Shown here: piece by piece, positions 13,554 to 26,766 of the stretch
Numbering within the stretch: the first letter of the stretch is position 1
How the letters are laid out: each line of letters opens with the position of its first letter
Assembly (NCBI GenBank): GCA_001949185.1
Contig: BDGG01000003.1
Coordinates: forward strand, 4,137,158-4,201,157
Source of the DNA: Ramazzottius varieornatus
Taxonomy: Eukaryota; Animalia; Tardigrada
DNA: 64,000 bases
Reading direction: 5' to 3'
Program-made: the position numbers and the translations under genes
Notes under the pieces: generated by a model
Database searches by the model: none
Told to the model about the DNA's origin: nothing
Seen by the model: only the letters and a program-made list of their open reading frames with translations

Positions 13554-16500
13554 ATGACGATGGCTATGCAGAACTTCACGGACAACTGGAGTCCCTTCGG
13601 GTTTGACGTCTACTACCGCAAGTTTGAGCTGTACCAGATGGGATGGCAAAAGTTTAACGTTGACATCTCGGACTTTGCTATCATCTCCGTGGCGAAGAAT
13701 GGAGGAAATATTGTTGTAGTTCGCGACGACCGGAAGAAGCAGCCTCCGTCCGGACCGGAAGTGCCTCATACTACTGCTCTCATACGGCCAAACATCGTCG
13801 TTTTCTCCGCTGCAGGTAACTTGCGATGCACCTTCGTTCCTCTTAAACATCTTACGAATATTTTTACATTTTCAGGGAGGCTTGTTTGGCAATTCGCATG
13901 GAACAGTGGACCTCTTATGCAGATTGGATGGTCGACTATAAACGAGCTTGTCTGCATTCAAGACGATGGCCGCGTTCTCCTCTACGACATGTTCGGCACC
14001 TTCATCCGCACATTCGGGACCGGACAAGAAGCTGCAGATGTCCGTATTACTGACTGTCGTATCTTTGAGAACAAGTCTCAAACAGGCGTGATAGTTCTGA
14101 CAGAGACGCGGAAGTTCTTCCTGGTTAGTAACATCGATAACCCCACGGTCCGAGCTATGGGTGACGTTCCCGGTGGTAACACTCCTTCGCTGTTCCGTCG
14201 ATGTTGGTCAGTAGTGTGCTCTGAGAAAGACATCAACGTGTACATTACGAAAGACAGCGACCTGTACTGCTTGAATAAGATTGGGCAGGTGCAGGAGATA
14301 CCATCGGGCATCTCAGAAAACACGAAAGGGTTCGTGGCGCTAAGTGCCTCCCCCAACCAGAAAAGCATCGCGTTGGTGACGGCGGAAGGTGTTGTCGTGA
14401 TTAAGTCGTTAGAAGATGTGGATAGTGGTGCCGTGTGTCAGTTTGATGCGAAGTGCCCGGACAATCAGCCGAAGCAGCTGGCCTGGTGTGGAAATGGAGC
14501 GGTCGTAGGCTACTGGGAGAACAACGGAAGCCATATCCTCCTTATGGTCGGACCCAAGAAGGACTGGATCAACTTCCGATTTGATTCATCTGTTCATTTA
14601 GGTAAGGAAAACTATAGGGACGAGCCCCGCAAGCAAACCCGATAAGGTGATTTTACCCGATGGCGCACGCTTTCAGCTAGTGACACCGAAAACGTACGCC
14701 AACTTGGAAAACCGTCTTGTAGTTGTGGAGTCTGTTCGCCGTTTCGAGTGGCACACGATTCCAGTGTAAACCACTAATAGCGTGCGTCACTTAAAGTAAT
14801 GATCTTATCGAGTTTGTTTGCGCTTCCGGTCACAGTTATGTTTGTTTTTGGATGAAAACTAAGGTGGAATTTTTTTGTAGTTCCAGAAATTGATTCATTA
14901 CGAGTGATCACTAGAGATACTCACGATCTGATCCAGAAAGTTCCTGCCGTGACGATGCAGGTGATGAAAGTTGGTTCCATGGCACCGGGAGCTTACTTAC
15001 TGGAAGCTTGTCGAGAGTACGAAGCGTTAAGTTACAAAGCGGACGAATACCTGAAGTTGGTAAAGCCCAACTTAGAAGAAGCGACGATGCAGTGTATCGA
15101 CGCTGCTGTACAAGAGTTTGAAGTGTCCATGCAGAAGCTCCTCTTCCGAGCCGCAGCCTTCGGTAAAACCTTCCTCGAGAACAAAACAGCTGTCACGGAC
15201 AATTTTGTCTCGACTTGCAAGTATTTGCGCGTCTTGAACGCCTTGAGACACTATCTTTATGGGATGCCGGTAACATGGAGGCAGTTCCAGTCCGAGACCA
15301 TAACGTCATTACTGGACAGGTTGGTCGAAATATCCAAAGAAAATTCCGATACTTTCCTCTGCTATAGGCTTTCCTTCTTTCAAATATATTCGTTTTAAAA
15401 TTTAAAATACTCACAGCAGCCGCTGAGTAGAGAACCATCTTGGGCGGTGAACTAATTTCGCCCTGTTTCTTCGAAAAACATCCATTAAGTCTGTGTCGAG
15501 CGCGGTTTTCAATGCCCTTCGAAGGTGTCTCGAAGAAATTAGACAATAATAAGCGAGGTGCTAAATGGGAGCCCGGCAGACGAACTCGACAAGATTTGCT
15601 TTCGAAGAGGCGCATGCCTCAGCCGGTAACACTACAAACGTGCGCCACTTGGAAGAACGATCTTGTCGAGTTTGTTTGCCTAGGTCCCAAATGATTCGTT
15701 CGACTTTGGTAATTTAACTTCACTTTCTTTTGTTACAGGTTGGTGGCGCGTCGGCAATTCGAGCTGGCCTATCGAGTTTGTAGCTACCTAGAGCTTCCAG
15801 CTTCCCAAGGTGTTTCGCGGATCCTTCTAAACTGGTCCTCCTACAAGATGAACCAGCGGAACGAATCCGACGAAGACGTGGCTGGAGCAATCATCGGCAA
15901 GCTAGAGAAGACTCCCGGCATTTCCTTCGCAGAATGCGCCAGGAACGCCCGAGCTTTGGGAAGACTTTCACTAGCCGTCGAGCTCCTCGAAAGAGAACCT
16001 TCGGCACAGCTCCAAGTTCCTCTCCTGTTGGAGTTCGGCAAAGACGAACTGGCCTTGTCGAAGGCCATACAAAGTGGGAACTCAGATTTAGTTTACGACG
16101 TGATATTGTACTTAAAATCCAAATTAGGTACTGCAGAATTTCTGATGAGGATAAGGTCCAACAGGGAAGTCTTTGCGCTGTTTGTCAAGTACTGCAAAGA
16201 GTTCAACCCGAAGCTCTTACGGGACTTGTTCATTCAGGAAGACTGGCGGTCGGAAGAAGCTTTCACATTCATACCAGAGTCGTTCGAAGCCTTGTCAGTC
16301 CCTGAACAGCTGTCCGCTCTACAGAACGCGGTGGAAAGGTTCGATCACGCTAAAGATGATTTCAACAAGAAAATTACGGAAGATCAAATCAAGTTGATCC
16401 GTCATCAGGTCAAGCTGGAAGAGAAGTTCGCCAAGAAGTTTGTCGGCTTGACTGTACACAAAACCCTCGAAGCTCTTCTACAAGACTCACAGTGGAAACT

Positions 16501-16888
16501 AGCGGAAGAGTTTAAGAAAGACTACCAGATGTCAGATCGGCACTTCTGGTTCTTGAAGGTCGAAGTGTTGGCCAGGCTGAAACAGTGGGAGGAACTGGAA
16601 AAGTTTATGAGAAGTGCCCGGAAACCTGTGATAGGACTGGAGCACTTCGCGCTGGCTGCTCACAAGTATGGGAACGTGGTCGAAGCTCAGAAGTATCTGT
16701 TGAAGGTGGACGATGAGCAGAAGCTGCGCTGCATGCTGAAGATGGGCATGCTGGATGAAGCGGCGGATCTGGCGATAAAGCAAAAGGACCCGGTGGCGAT
16801 GGGTGCCGTCCTGGACAAGTGTCGACGGGAGGACAGCGCTGTGACGGCAAAGCTTCAAGCCGCAAAGACTGGTCTTGGCTATACCTAG
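13554..16888 (+). CDS. VPS16: Vacuolar protein sorting 16 (HOPS/CORVET subunit)
   Basis: DNWSPFG..YYRKFELYQMGW; PGAYLLEA; LLFRAAAFGKTF; LRVLNALR; QVPLLL..ALSKAIQSGNSDLVY. Introns at ~13816-13876, 14602-14880 and 15319-15738. Confidence 0.95.
14628..14822. repeat. Intronic palindrome family, double core (VPS16 intron)
   Basis: One outer stem encloses two cores. Confidence 0.88.
15575..15680. repeat. Intronic palindrome family (VPS16 intron)
   Basis: Near-consensus copy. Confidence 0.93.
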
Positions 16889-17762
16889 TTAGAAATTCCA
16901 GTCTTTTGATTCAGTGATTTGCTCAAACATTCCTTTCACTTTTCCCAGCATCATTTTACTTTGGCTCACCATTAAAAATTTTATTATGTTGATTTGTTGG
17001 TTTGTTCTAACGGTACGAACTCCCGTTCGCGTCTTAAAGTTCAACCGCCTACGGTGATGAGTTTCTTTGTGTTTTATGGTATTGTCAAACGGGAGCTGGG
17101 CAGACAAAGCATACCAAATGGTTATTTCAAGTGGGGCGTGCTCTTATTTCCACTGGCTGTCACGGTATGCCACTCAAGACGACTATGTTGTAGGTTTTGT
17201 TTGCTCACCTTCCAAATGCTTTATATTATTTTTTTCTCAGAACCTGACAGTTTTATCTGCAGAGTGGATAACTTGTGCCTTGAAGTCCGGACTTGAACCT
17301 TGAACTGCTTACAACCAGTATACGCTGATCACAGTCTGGCGGGTGTGGCCCTGATGGCAGATCCGTGTTCCGTATTGTTTCCGGTACGCACTTTAAACAC
17401 TCTGCCGTAATAGCAAGGTATACAGTTTACACCATGTGCCAGATAGCTGGTAGATAAACAACTGTGAGGGTTGTTTGTTTGGAAAACTCATTCACCTGAT
17501 AAAAAGGCAAGTTTGATGAGCCAGACGAAAATCGAGGGTTTATTGCTTCACGCAGTGCCAGTGGGCGACTTTCTTGTAAACAGTGTCGTGTAAACCACCG
17601 CACAGGTTATGCTCTGTACTTTGCTGTTCATCCGCCATTTTGTAATCCAACGTGTGCAAATACATATCGAAGATTACACCACCATCTGGGCGATAAGACC
17701 CTCTAGCGTCGTCGGAGGTTTCTATTACATAGTATTATAGCCAAGTTTGATCGGAACTAAAA

Positions 17763-19073
17763 ATGGTGCCATTATCCAACGATTTTTCGGAGCCACGCAG
17801 TTCTCGGTTTCTGCCAATATTCCTCATTATCGTTGCCACCGTTTCTGAGCCTGCTTTTTGTACTAGGACAATGGATGTCTCTACGGCAAAATTCTCGGTG
17901 GACTTATTCAAAAGCATCGCTACCGCGAGTAACAATGAAAACATCGTCGTGTCTCCGTTTTCCGTTGAAGCTGCGCTTTCCATGGTCCTCGCCGGCGCCA
18001 AGGGTTCTTCGAAGTCCCAGTTACAATCCTCTCTCGGTATTGACGATTCCTCCATCAGATCACTGACTGACAAATACAGGTCGATTAATAAAGCCTCGGA
18101 TGGATATACTCTTCGATCTGCCAATGGACTGTTCGCTGACAACAAATTTCAGCTCCTGCCAGAATACCAAAGAATGATCGGTAGTGACTTCGACGCTAAA
18201 ATTTCCTCCGTGAATTTCGCCCAAGAAGCCGAACAAGCTCGTCAAGATATCAACAAGTTTGTAGAGGAAAAGACCAATGGAAAAATCAGCAACTTATTCG
18301 CACAAGGAAGTCTCTCGACGGATACGCAGCTGGTCCTCGTCAACGCCGTCTACTTCAAAGCGGACTGGGATAAACAGTTCAAGAAGGGTTCCACAACGTC
18401 TCAACCATTCGCCTTGGCCAACGGTCAAAATAAAAACGTACAGCTGATGACTATGAGCGACAAGTTCCTGTACGGTGAAAGTGAGGTTATAGGTGGAGCG
18501 CAGGTGCTTGAAATGCGGTATAAGAAAGGAGAAGCCAGCATGATCTTCTTGTTGCCGAAAGAGAAGAACGGCTTCCGCGCAATGGTGGACGGTCTCACGA
18601 CGAGCGCACTGAATGAAGCCTTACAATCGGTCTTCGAGAACAAGGTCGAAGTCTTCATTCCGAAATTCAAGGCAACAAAAGAGTACCAAATGAACAACCA
18701 CCTGCAGAAACTGGGGATCCAAGATGTCTTCAGTAACTCGGCGGACCTTTCGGGAATCAGCGGAAGTCCGAACTTGAAAATATCCAAAGTCGTACAGAAA
18801 GTCTTCGTCGGTAAGTCTTTTTTCACAAGCTTCACTGTACTATTTACTGTCACCACAGAAATAATTTTGGATTTATTTTCAGAGGTGGACGAGAAGGGAA
18901 CGGAAGCCGCAGCGGCGACTGGAATACAGATTGTACCATTAATGGCTATCATCGAGCCGGAAGAGCCCAAGGTCTTCCGCGCTGATCGACCTTTCCTTTA
19001 CCTGATCCGACACAATCCGACAAGCACAGTTTTGTTTATGGGAGCTGTTCTTGATCCTACTGTCGATACATAG
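17763..19073 (+). CDS. Secreted inhibitory-type serpin
   Basis: NIVVSPFS; LVLVNAVYFKADW; IPKFK; hinge EKGTEAAAATG; FRADRPFLYLI. It has a signal-like N-terminus and a 72-nt in-frame intron at 18811-18882. Confidence 0.93.
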   Translation: MVPLSNDFSEPRSSRFLPIFLIIVATVSEPAFCTRTMDVSTAKFSVDLFKSIATASNNENIVVSPFSVEAALSMVLAGAKGSSKSQLQSSLGIDDSSIRSLTDKYRSINKASDGYTLRSANGLFADNKFQLLPEYQRMIGSDFDAKISSVNFAQEAEQARQDINKFVEEKTNGKISNLFAQGSLSTDTQLVLVNAVYFKADWDKQFKKGSTTSQPFALANGQNKNVQLMTMSDKFLYGESEVIGGAQVLEMRYKKGEASMIFLLPKEKNGFRAMVDGLTTSALNEALQSVFENKVEVFIPKFKATKEYQMNNHLQKLGIQDVFSNSADLSGISGSPNLKISKVVQKVFVGKSFFTSFTVLFTVTTEIILDLFSEVDEKGTEAAAATGIQIVPLMAIIEPEEPKVFRADRPFLYLIRHNPTSTVLFMGAVLDPTVDT

Positions 19074-19376
19074 GATATTTAAACCTTGCATGAACGTGGC
19101 GTCTTGTCCCACCACGGAGACTAGCATACTTCTTAAATCTGACCGTATTTTTTCCAGCTTGATTAGACTTTACGGGTTAATTGATATAGAATATGTCCAC
19201 ATCGATAATGTTCAAGCCTAACATTTCGCACGCTGTTCTGAAAAACAACTTAAAACGAGGAAGAAATTCGGTCATGGGTACTCAATTCTGTTACAGTGGT
19301 AGCAAGGAGCAAATTCGGAATTACAAGAAATGTGTGGATAAATCGGCAGCCCAATGTACAGTTTGCACATGTCATA

Positions 19377-20621
19377 TTACTTGTCCACGAGTCGACGTGG
19401 AGTGTATTCTATCCAGTCGACACAGTATACTTCCGAGTCTACGGGTTTCGCTCCTAATTTCCGATAGGAACTCTTGGAAGCTTCATTCCAGTTCAGAACG
19501 TATACCAAGCTGTGGGCTGACCAAGGGCCACAACTTTTCCTGCTAGGTCGTAGTTGACTACCTGGTAGAGGCCTTTCCGCCGATGGTTCGGCCGCACGAA
19601 ACCATTGAACATGCAACCATCTGTCCTGCAGAGAATATAAGCCACCAGTTCGCCCGCGTCGGTAAAGACGGTGCCTGTGGGGAACCCGTTGCTGATCAGG
19701 TATCGGACGTATTCCAAAGTACGCTCGGTACCGTACTTGCATCCTTCGTTCACTTGTTCCGCGTGGTGCGCAGACAACACACCCAGACCTTCCGATAGGC
19801 TGCCAGAAAAAAAAGCCTCTTCGAAATTTAGCCCTTAATCCCAAGTCAGTTAGGCGGGACCGACGTACGTTTTCCGTAGATGGGACGGATGCAGAAGGAA
19901 GATATGGCATTCGTTACCTGGAATAACCTTTGTCTCCCCCGTTAGGTGCGCTCTGCATCTATCGACGAGTACCGGAAAACGTCAAACTTGGAGAGAGCTG
20001 TAAAGCTAGAACGTCGTGCATGACGGCAAACCTTCCTATGGAGGTAAGTAGAGAAACTAAGAGAAGCTATGTCCCCTTAACTCATCGAAGAATATCAACT
20101 TCAGTTCACGAAGTCCTCTCGGTTGACTATCGAGCGCAGCTTTTGCGTATCTGTACAAAATATGACAACGCCGTAAAATCCGCCCCATGGAAATACCTGA
20201 AACGCAGCCATCCGAAAGCAGCAAGTAGTGATGAGATTTGACGTTGTGAGATACTCTAGCCGGAGAAGCGGAAATCGGACGCCTCATGCACACGGAATAA
20301 TCAGGCTAAGCGTCCACCACAAACTCGGTTCCTTCATAGGCCGAATTAGTCGTTATGAGTGTCGTATGAACCGGTTGTCTAAATAACGGCACCACAGAAT
20401 CAAACCTGGTATGTTACAGCGTCCATTCCGTTGGTTATTCAGCATAGCCAGCTGCCACCATCTGCAAAATGTATCGTGTAACTGTTCGATTCCGCGAGGA
20501 AGATACTTGGTCTCAAAGTTAGAATGAAAGTATGACCTATTCGTACCTGGAGCGATTTCGGCACGTGATGCATCAGATCCTTGAGAACGACGCCCATTTG
20601 GTCCTCGGTCAGAACGATCAT
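19377..20621 (-). pseudogene. Glycine-N-acyltransferase-like (GNAT/FR47-like) pseudogene
   Basis: Paralogue of 23707-25136 with a TAT>TAG nonsense codon at 20306-20308 and a 1-nt deletion at ~19505 (GCTTGGTAT versus GCTTGGGTA) that shifts the frame. Confidence 0.75.
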
Positions 20622-20807
20622 CCTGGAGCGCGATGGTACGGATACAATTAAATCTATGACCATGCGCTTTTGGCTGGTGCAAAATTAATTTATGAACAGC
20701 AGTTAGCTCAGAGAAAGAACGATGAACGTGAAAACTGACCGAAAAGCCAAAATTCGGCCCATTGTTCGTCTGTTCTTGCTATGATAATCTATCAGTAAGC
20801 GCAGGCT

Positions 20808-21018
20808 TACAGCGTCCACTCCTTTGGTTGTCCACTCTTTTGGCTATTTAGCATAGCCGACATCTGCAAAAAGAAGCGGGAAGCTGTTCAGATCTTCCGC
20901 AAAAATACCGAGTCCAAGCTGCTGTGATTCGGCAAGAGCTTACCTGGAGTGATTTCGGAACATGCAACTGCAGGCTTTCAGGAGCCAAGCCCATTTTATC
21001 TGCTGTTAGAACGATCAT
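20808..21018 (-). pseudogene. Truncated third GLYAT-like copy (first two exons only)
   Basis: ATGATCGTTCTAACAGCAGATAAAATG...GTTCCGAAATCACTCCAG|gtaag matches exon 1 of the paralogues. Exon 2 has an internal duplication (ccaaaagagtggaca/ccaaaggagtggacg) and a stop. Confidence 0.65.
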
Positions 21019-21320
21019 TCTGCCGGTAAGAGATCAGGAGACCCATTATTCTTCCATCGGTGCAAAAGCACGGGCGGTAGTCATCTGCTGGAACAAGAAT
21101 TGAAGCGCAGTCAGCACGGTGGTAACGTCTAGTTGCCCCACTATAGTAGTTGTAGTACGAGCAGTTTACGAGTAATTATTTTAGTGTCGCAGCGATGGGC
21201 AATCCTAATCCGTCGACAGGCAACGATAGCATACGTGCTGAATAGAGGAAGAGCTAAAGTTCTCGAGAGCAGACAAACACCAGACCAATCGAAAAAACTG
21301 TCGATGGGAGAGAAAAATCA

Positions 21321-23308
21321 CTAACGACCACCACAGCTAGGGACATCAAGGCTCTTCTTGTCGTAAGAGACGTCGTACACGATGTTACAGCAACTGTAGA
21401 CGCCGTAAGGATCAGCATCCCATTTATCCAAGAAGCCCTGTCCATCCGTCAGTCGCCCAAGGTAAAATACCTTGCTCTTTCTGCTGTCGTACCGATTCGA
21501 CCCACTGCAAGGTTTGCCGGTTCCATCCCCAAAGAGAAGAAACATCTGTGTCACTCTGTTGTCTTTTTCTTCGAAATCAACAGCCACATCACCAAGGCCC
21601 AACCTGAGCTCGCCAATCGTCTGACGACCATTTCTCACAAGTCTCAATTCTTCTTTGGTCCAAAAAGACTTGTTGCCTTTGCGGCTGTTATCGTCATCGT
21701 CACCCGTCTCCTCGTCCTCCTCATCCTCGAACCCAGAGCTCATCAAATCGTACTCTTTATAGACAAGATCTATGCACTGATTGTATGGTCCTTCTGCCCC
21801 ATTAAAGTTTTTTGAATCTGTTTCCGAAGACACTTTTCGACCAGCCGCGACAGCACTGGTTCGTCCCCAATACATGTCCCGAAGTTCAAGCCATCCTAGC
21901 TGGTCATGACGTCTGCAGTTGTTGTCTGTTACGCTGAAAATCTCGAAGCCGATGACAGTGGGTAGTCCACTTCCACATCGGGTATGTACTTCGGACGAAC
22001 TTTCTGCGGCTATTTTCTGTCTCAGCTCTTCCATGCTAAAACGACCACCCTACAACATACAACGCTCCTTAACTTCCGCTGTTGCCAATTCTGAGCACCT
22101 CGATTGTGTGGATCTCGTTACCCCTAACATGATGACTAGATTCGGCTCCTTACCTTCACAGGTCCTTCCAGCAGCTCCAGTTCCGACATTGACACGTAGC
22201 CTATCACTTTACGCACCTAATGCATGGTGTCTTTGAAGAGCTGACCGTCTTCTGACGTTTCACATACAAGACGAGCCCATCTGTGGCCAGTTCAAGTAAG
22301 CACAGAAGGTATCAGTTCGTCACACGCAACAACACAAGGACAGATCAGGCTCTTACCGGCAAGCAAAATTGAACAGCGTGATTTCTTTCGGGACGTTCAG
22401 CAGACGGCGTGATAGAAACTCCACCATGAACTTCTCATCCACAGACAGTAAAACTTCGTCAGGTGCCAGAAGGGCTTGTTCGGTGAAGGCGCCGATTTTT
22501 GTTGCCAAACAGCTTCGGTGATCCGCTTGTTTGTCCATTCCGGATTTCGAGCCTAGAAGTACAACCAGATTAGGCCAGGACAACAACAATCAAGCTTATA
22601 CTACCGAGTTAGGGACCCAAGCGCGGTCGTCTCACTGTGCGCCTCAAAAACCAGTGCGTGACGCTGCAGCACTAAGTGGCCAACTAACGGCGGTTAATCT
22701 GGCTGGTCGGTGACGTCACGCACCAGTTCTTCAGTGACACCGTAAGCCTAGCACTCCGTCAGAAGCACTTTTAAACTCTATGCTGTTACACTGTTATACA
22801 GAAGTATTCACATCGACAGAATACGGGTTTTGTCAGGGAATTTGATATCGCAGGAATTTCTTTAGCATCAAACGAAATGCCTTTGGATCGATATCCTCCT
22901 CGTCAATGGGTTCATGTAGGTCCTTGGATTTCGTTATGGGTCCATAGAACATGGCGTAAAAGGCTTCGCTGGAAATGGAGAGAAGATCTCTGGAAAGACA
23001 AACTCCAGCTTCGCATATGCTCTCGTAATTATGCAACATCAACCGGTTATCAACCTATCACAGTTAATTCGCATTGAATGAGCCATCTTTCTACGAAGTT
23101 ACCTGTGACCTCCAATCAGTTTTTTCTGTCCTTTCGGTCCGACGTTGAAAAACACGTTGGGAGGAATGGATTGCTCCTTCCAGAGATACGTCGTCCGTGC
23201 TTTCATCGTCTTGGCTGCTCCTTGCCATCCCCAGTTGCTGTTGTCTGCCATCGGATCATCCATCGTGTGACTGCCGGGATCGATCGAGAACAGAAAGTGA
23301 AGGTCCAA
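21321..23308 (-). CDS. BTB/POZ(-BACK) domain protein with divergent acidic C-terminal region
   Basis: PPNVFFNVGPKGQKKLIGGHR..LLSISSEAFYAMFYGP..EDIDPKAFRLML (BTB); BACK-like VEFLSRRLLNVPKEITLFNFACR. One splice junction near 22850 is unresolved. Confidence 0.7.
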
Positions 23309-23706
23309 CTTGGTTTATTCACCGATCGATCTTTGTTTCCTCGGAGGAGTTAAAGAACGTGCGATTTGCGAAGATCTGCCGAAGAAGCGGGATGGAAAAC
23401 ACCGAAATGAAATCTCAAGAATTACTGTAATGTTATATTGATATTACCGCGTCACAATTCGTCATGTCATGTCATCAATCATCACAAGACCTAGTGTTGT
23501 CTTGTTAAGTGATATTACACGGTCTGAAGTTAGACAGCTTTGAACTGGACCCTTGGGCCATGGCTGGACAGTCGCTTCCCAGAAGAAGAATTACGAAACG
23601 ATACAAAACAAGTAATGAACTGCTGCAGACACGCATAGAAAACTGGGGAAAAAGATTGGAATCACAAACCATCAACATGGTCGAAGTCAACAAGAAGAGA
23701 GTGCGG

Positions 23707-25136
23707 TCACTTGCCCATAAGTTTATGAGGAGTGTATTCTATCCAGTCGACACAGAAAACTTCCGGGTCCACGAGTTTCGCACCCAACTTCCTGTAGGAA
23801 TTCTGGGACGGCTGGTTCGAGTCCATCACATATACCCAAGCCGCGGGCTGTCCGAGAGCCACAACCTTCTCCGTCAAGTCGTGGTTGACTACCTGATACA
23901 AACCTTTTCGTCGATGGTTCGAGCGCACAAATCCGTTGAACATACAGCCGTCCGCGTGGTGCAGGATGTATGCCACCAGTTCGTCTTCGTCGGTGAAGAC
24001 GGCACTTGTGGGGAACCCATTGCTGATCAGGTACCGAACGTACTCTAAAGTACGCTCGTTCCCGTACTTCCATTCTTCATTGACTTGCTCCGCGTGGTGC
24101 GGAGACAACACACCCAGACGATAGCCTCTGGGCAGTTCTCTGCGAACAGAAAGAGGTTTCTCCGTTTGAAGTCTCCGACCCAGGCAAAAACAACATGCAA
24201 CGGCCACTTACGTCTTCTCCAGATATGAAGGATGCAGGAGAAAAACGTGAGCTATACTATCCGGCCGAGCGATCGTTTGCGCATCCAACTTCCTTCTGCA
24301 TTTTTCCACGACAACTGGAAAGACGTCTAACTTGGAGACGGCTGTGGAAAGCAGAGCGTAATATAACAATGTCATAGTGTGGGACCTGGACAAAAGACTT
24401 GAACAGGTTGGTTTTCCCACGTGGCGCACTGTTTCAGCTTGCAACAATGATAACATGCGCCACTTGAGATAAAGATCATGTTCATTTCATTTACCGACGC
24501 CCTAAATGTACCGCATTGCCAAAATTGTATGTTAACAAGAAGTTTGGTAAATTAGTAGCTCACCGAAGAACTTGATTTTCAGTGACCAGTCTAAAAAGTC
24601 CTCCTGGTCCAGTACAGCGCGCAGCTTTTCCGCATTTTTGCAAAAAATAACCACGCCCTGAAACGCTCCCCATGGGAATATCTGTAGAAACACGATGTTT
24701 AGATTGTTCAAATCTATTGTCGCATTATTCAAAAAAGTGTCTGCGTACCGGAGAGGTGGAGATTGGCCGGCTCATACATACAGAGTAATCGGGATAAGCG
24801 TCCACGACAAACTCGGTACCTACGTATATAAAGCGTATGACGTATGGTAGATATTACGATGTTCGAAAGGGAACGTGAACTCTTGGTAGATCCTAACCTG
24901 GCAGTTTGCGGTGTTCGTTCCGCTGGTTGTTCAGCATCGCCAAGACCTGCAAAAGAACGGTGCTTTCGTTCGAGCAGGACAGTCCGCCGCCCGTGGCTCT
25001 CATCAAAATGGTAAAGTCTTATATTACAGTATATATCAGCCAGAGTACATAGAGCGCTTACCTGCAGCGATTTGGGTACATAGAGCCTCAGATCCGTCAT
25101 TAACGCATCCATCTGATCTCCTGACAAAACGATCAT
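23707..25136 (-). CDS. Glycine-N-acyltransferase-like GNAT protein
   Basis: LSPHHAEQVNEEWKYG..GFPTSAVF..NGFVRSNHRRKGLYQ (acetyl-CoA motif A)..NQPSQNSYRKLG. The exon set appears intact. Confidence 0.8.
24388..24495. repeat. Intronic palindrome family (GLYAT-like intron)
   Basis: gtggcgcac-N25-atgcgccac. Confidence 0.88.
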
Positions 25137-25546
25137 TCTGATGGCAGACTTGACAATAATCTCAGAGATATTTTGAGTTGTACTGTATATGATGTTGTCC
25201 CGAGTTTGAGAGCACCTCTACAACTGCAGTTATCTGCCATTCTGCCTTACTTACTGAGCGGTATCTTTCGTTATCAGCAATGACATGTAATAATTTTATC
25301 AGGTCTTACATACATACACATACGCATGACATGGGCTGGCATCGGCAGTTTGATAAAGTTGACGGTATGCGTGTAACGGGTTGCAGAAACAAGGAGGTGG
25401 TCCAGGTTTCTGCTGGCAGCTCTGAGAACTAACGACTCAATCATTAAAAAGATCATTCCACCAGAGATTCTACCCAGTCAGTTAGAACAGTTCTTAACGG
25501 AAAAAGTAGTGTCTTTTTTATGGCGTTTCCGTCCTTCTGCAGTCGA

Positions 25547-26377
25547 TTAAAACGCCGCGTAATCGTCGTGAGTACGTCCGAGCTTGTACACCAGTCCACT
25601 ACGAAAAAGCGTCTTTGAAACTTCGGAAACAATATCGTTATTACAACTTACCTGCTGAATATTAAACTGTTCTGCAGGAAAAGTGCGACACCCGGCCATG
25701 AAGACGCACCTGCAAAAGATCAGCCATAATGAGGGCTGCCGCTACCAGAAGACTTTCGTCGTGCACGACTTACGGCCTTTGTATACAACGTATTCTTGAA
25801 ACATGATCCAGATGGACGCTATCACACAAGTGAACCCCAGGAAGAATCCGAAGAAGATGATAAACCGGCTTACGCGAGGACCGCAGAAAAATGCTTCCTC
25901 ATCCCATCTAGACCAGAGAAGCCTACACAAGAAAGTACTTTCAATACAGTTATCCGAGGCTCCGCATGCAATCGGCTAGAAAAACGAAGCCATCGTCGAC
26001 CAACGACGAGACTGTTCTCAAACATATCGAACTTACAATATTATTGCCAGAGTGGTGAAGGCTCCTAAGGCATGGTAGCCATGAGGAAACTGAGTTTCAG
26101 AAGGATATGTTGCGGCTATATCGATGATCAGCCACCATCCTATGGCGAACTGCAAACAAAGCTGAACTACGTACGTGTATCGGACTGGCGGCTTGTCCCA
26201 ACATATTGTTCGAGGGACGTCGAGCACAATATTTCTACAAAGAGCCTGACATGACAGTAATGTTCTCACCAAACAGCCGGCAATGTACGAGATGGTTAGA
26301 TTCCTGACGTTGGCTGTATCCCCGAATAAACCTTCATGGCTCCAAGACTGTCTGACGTTCGTCCAAAACGTTCCCAT
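25547..26377 (-). CDS. TMEM50: TMEM50 / Vps68-family membrane protein
   Basis: ISYIAGCL|FAIGWWLIIDIA; FIIFFGFFLGFTCVIASIWIMF; PGVALFLQNSLIF; GLVYKLGRT. Confidence 0.88.
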
Positions 26378-26766
26378 CTTTCAAGAAAGCAAGCTCGAAA
26401 TGCTCTACGATGTTTTCCACACAACTGACGGACAGAATTCAAGGAGGACGACTGCATTGCAGCTGTCTTGACGGCCTTTATGAGAGCGTAGTCTAGTGGA
26501 ATAGCCTGCGGGTCTGTAGTTCTTACAGCCAGAAGCTACTTGCGTACCCGCGAATATTTGGGCAAGCTTGCAGCGATATGGATGCTCTGTTCCGAACACA
26601 TCGCCACATTTCGCAATTCTAGTTAAACAGGTTTGACAGACCCGAAAGTAACCATCAGTTGCTGGAAGTAACTGAGATAAGCACTACACAGACAACAGCC
26701 ACAACGCGGAGAGATGCACAGACACTGGAAACGGAGGTACCGGCGAGACGGACGCCGGAAGGGCTG

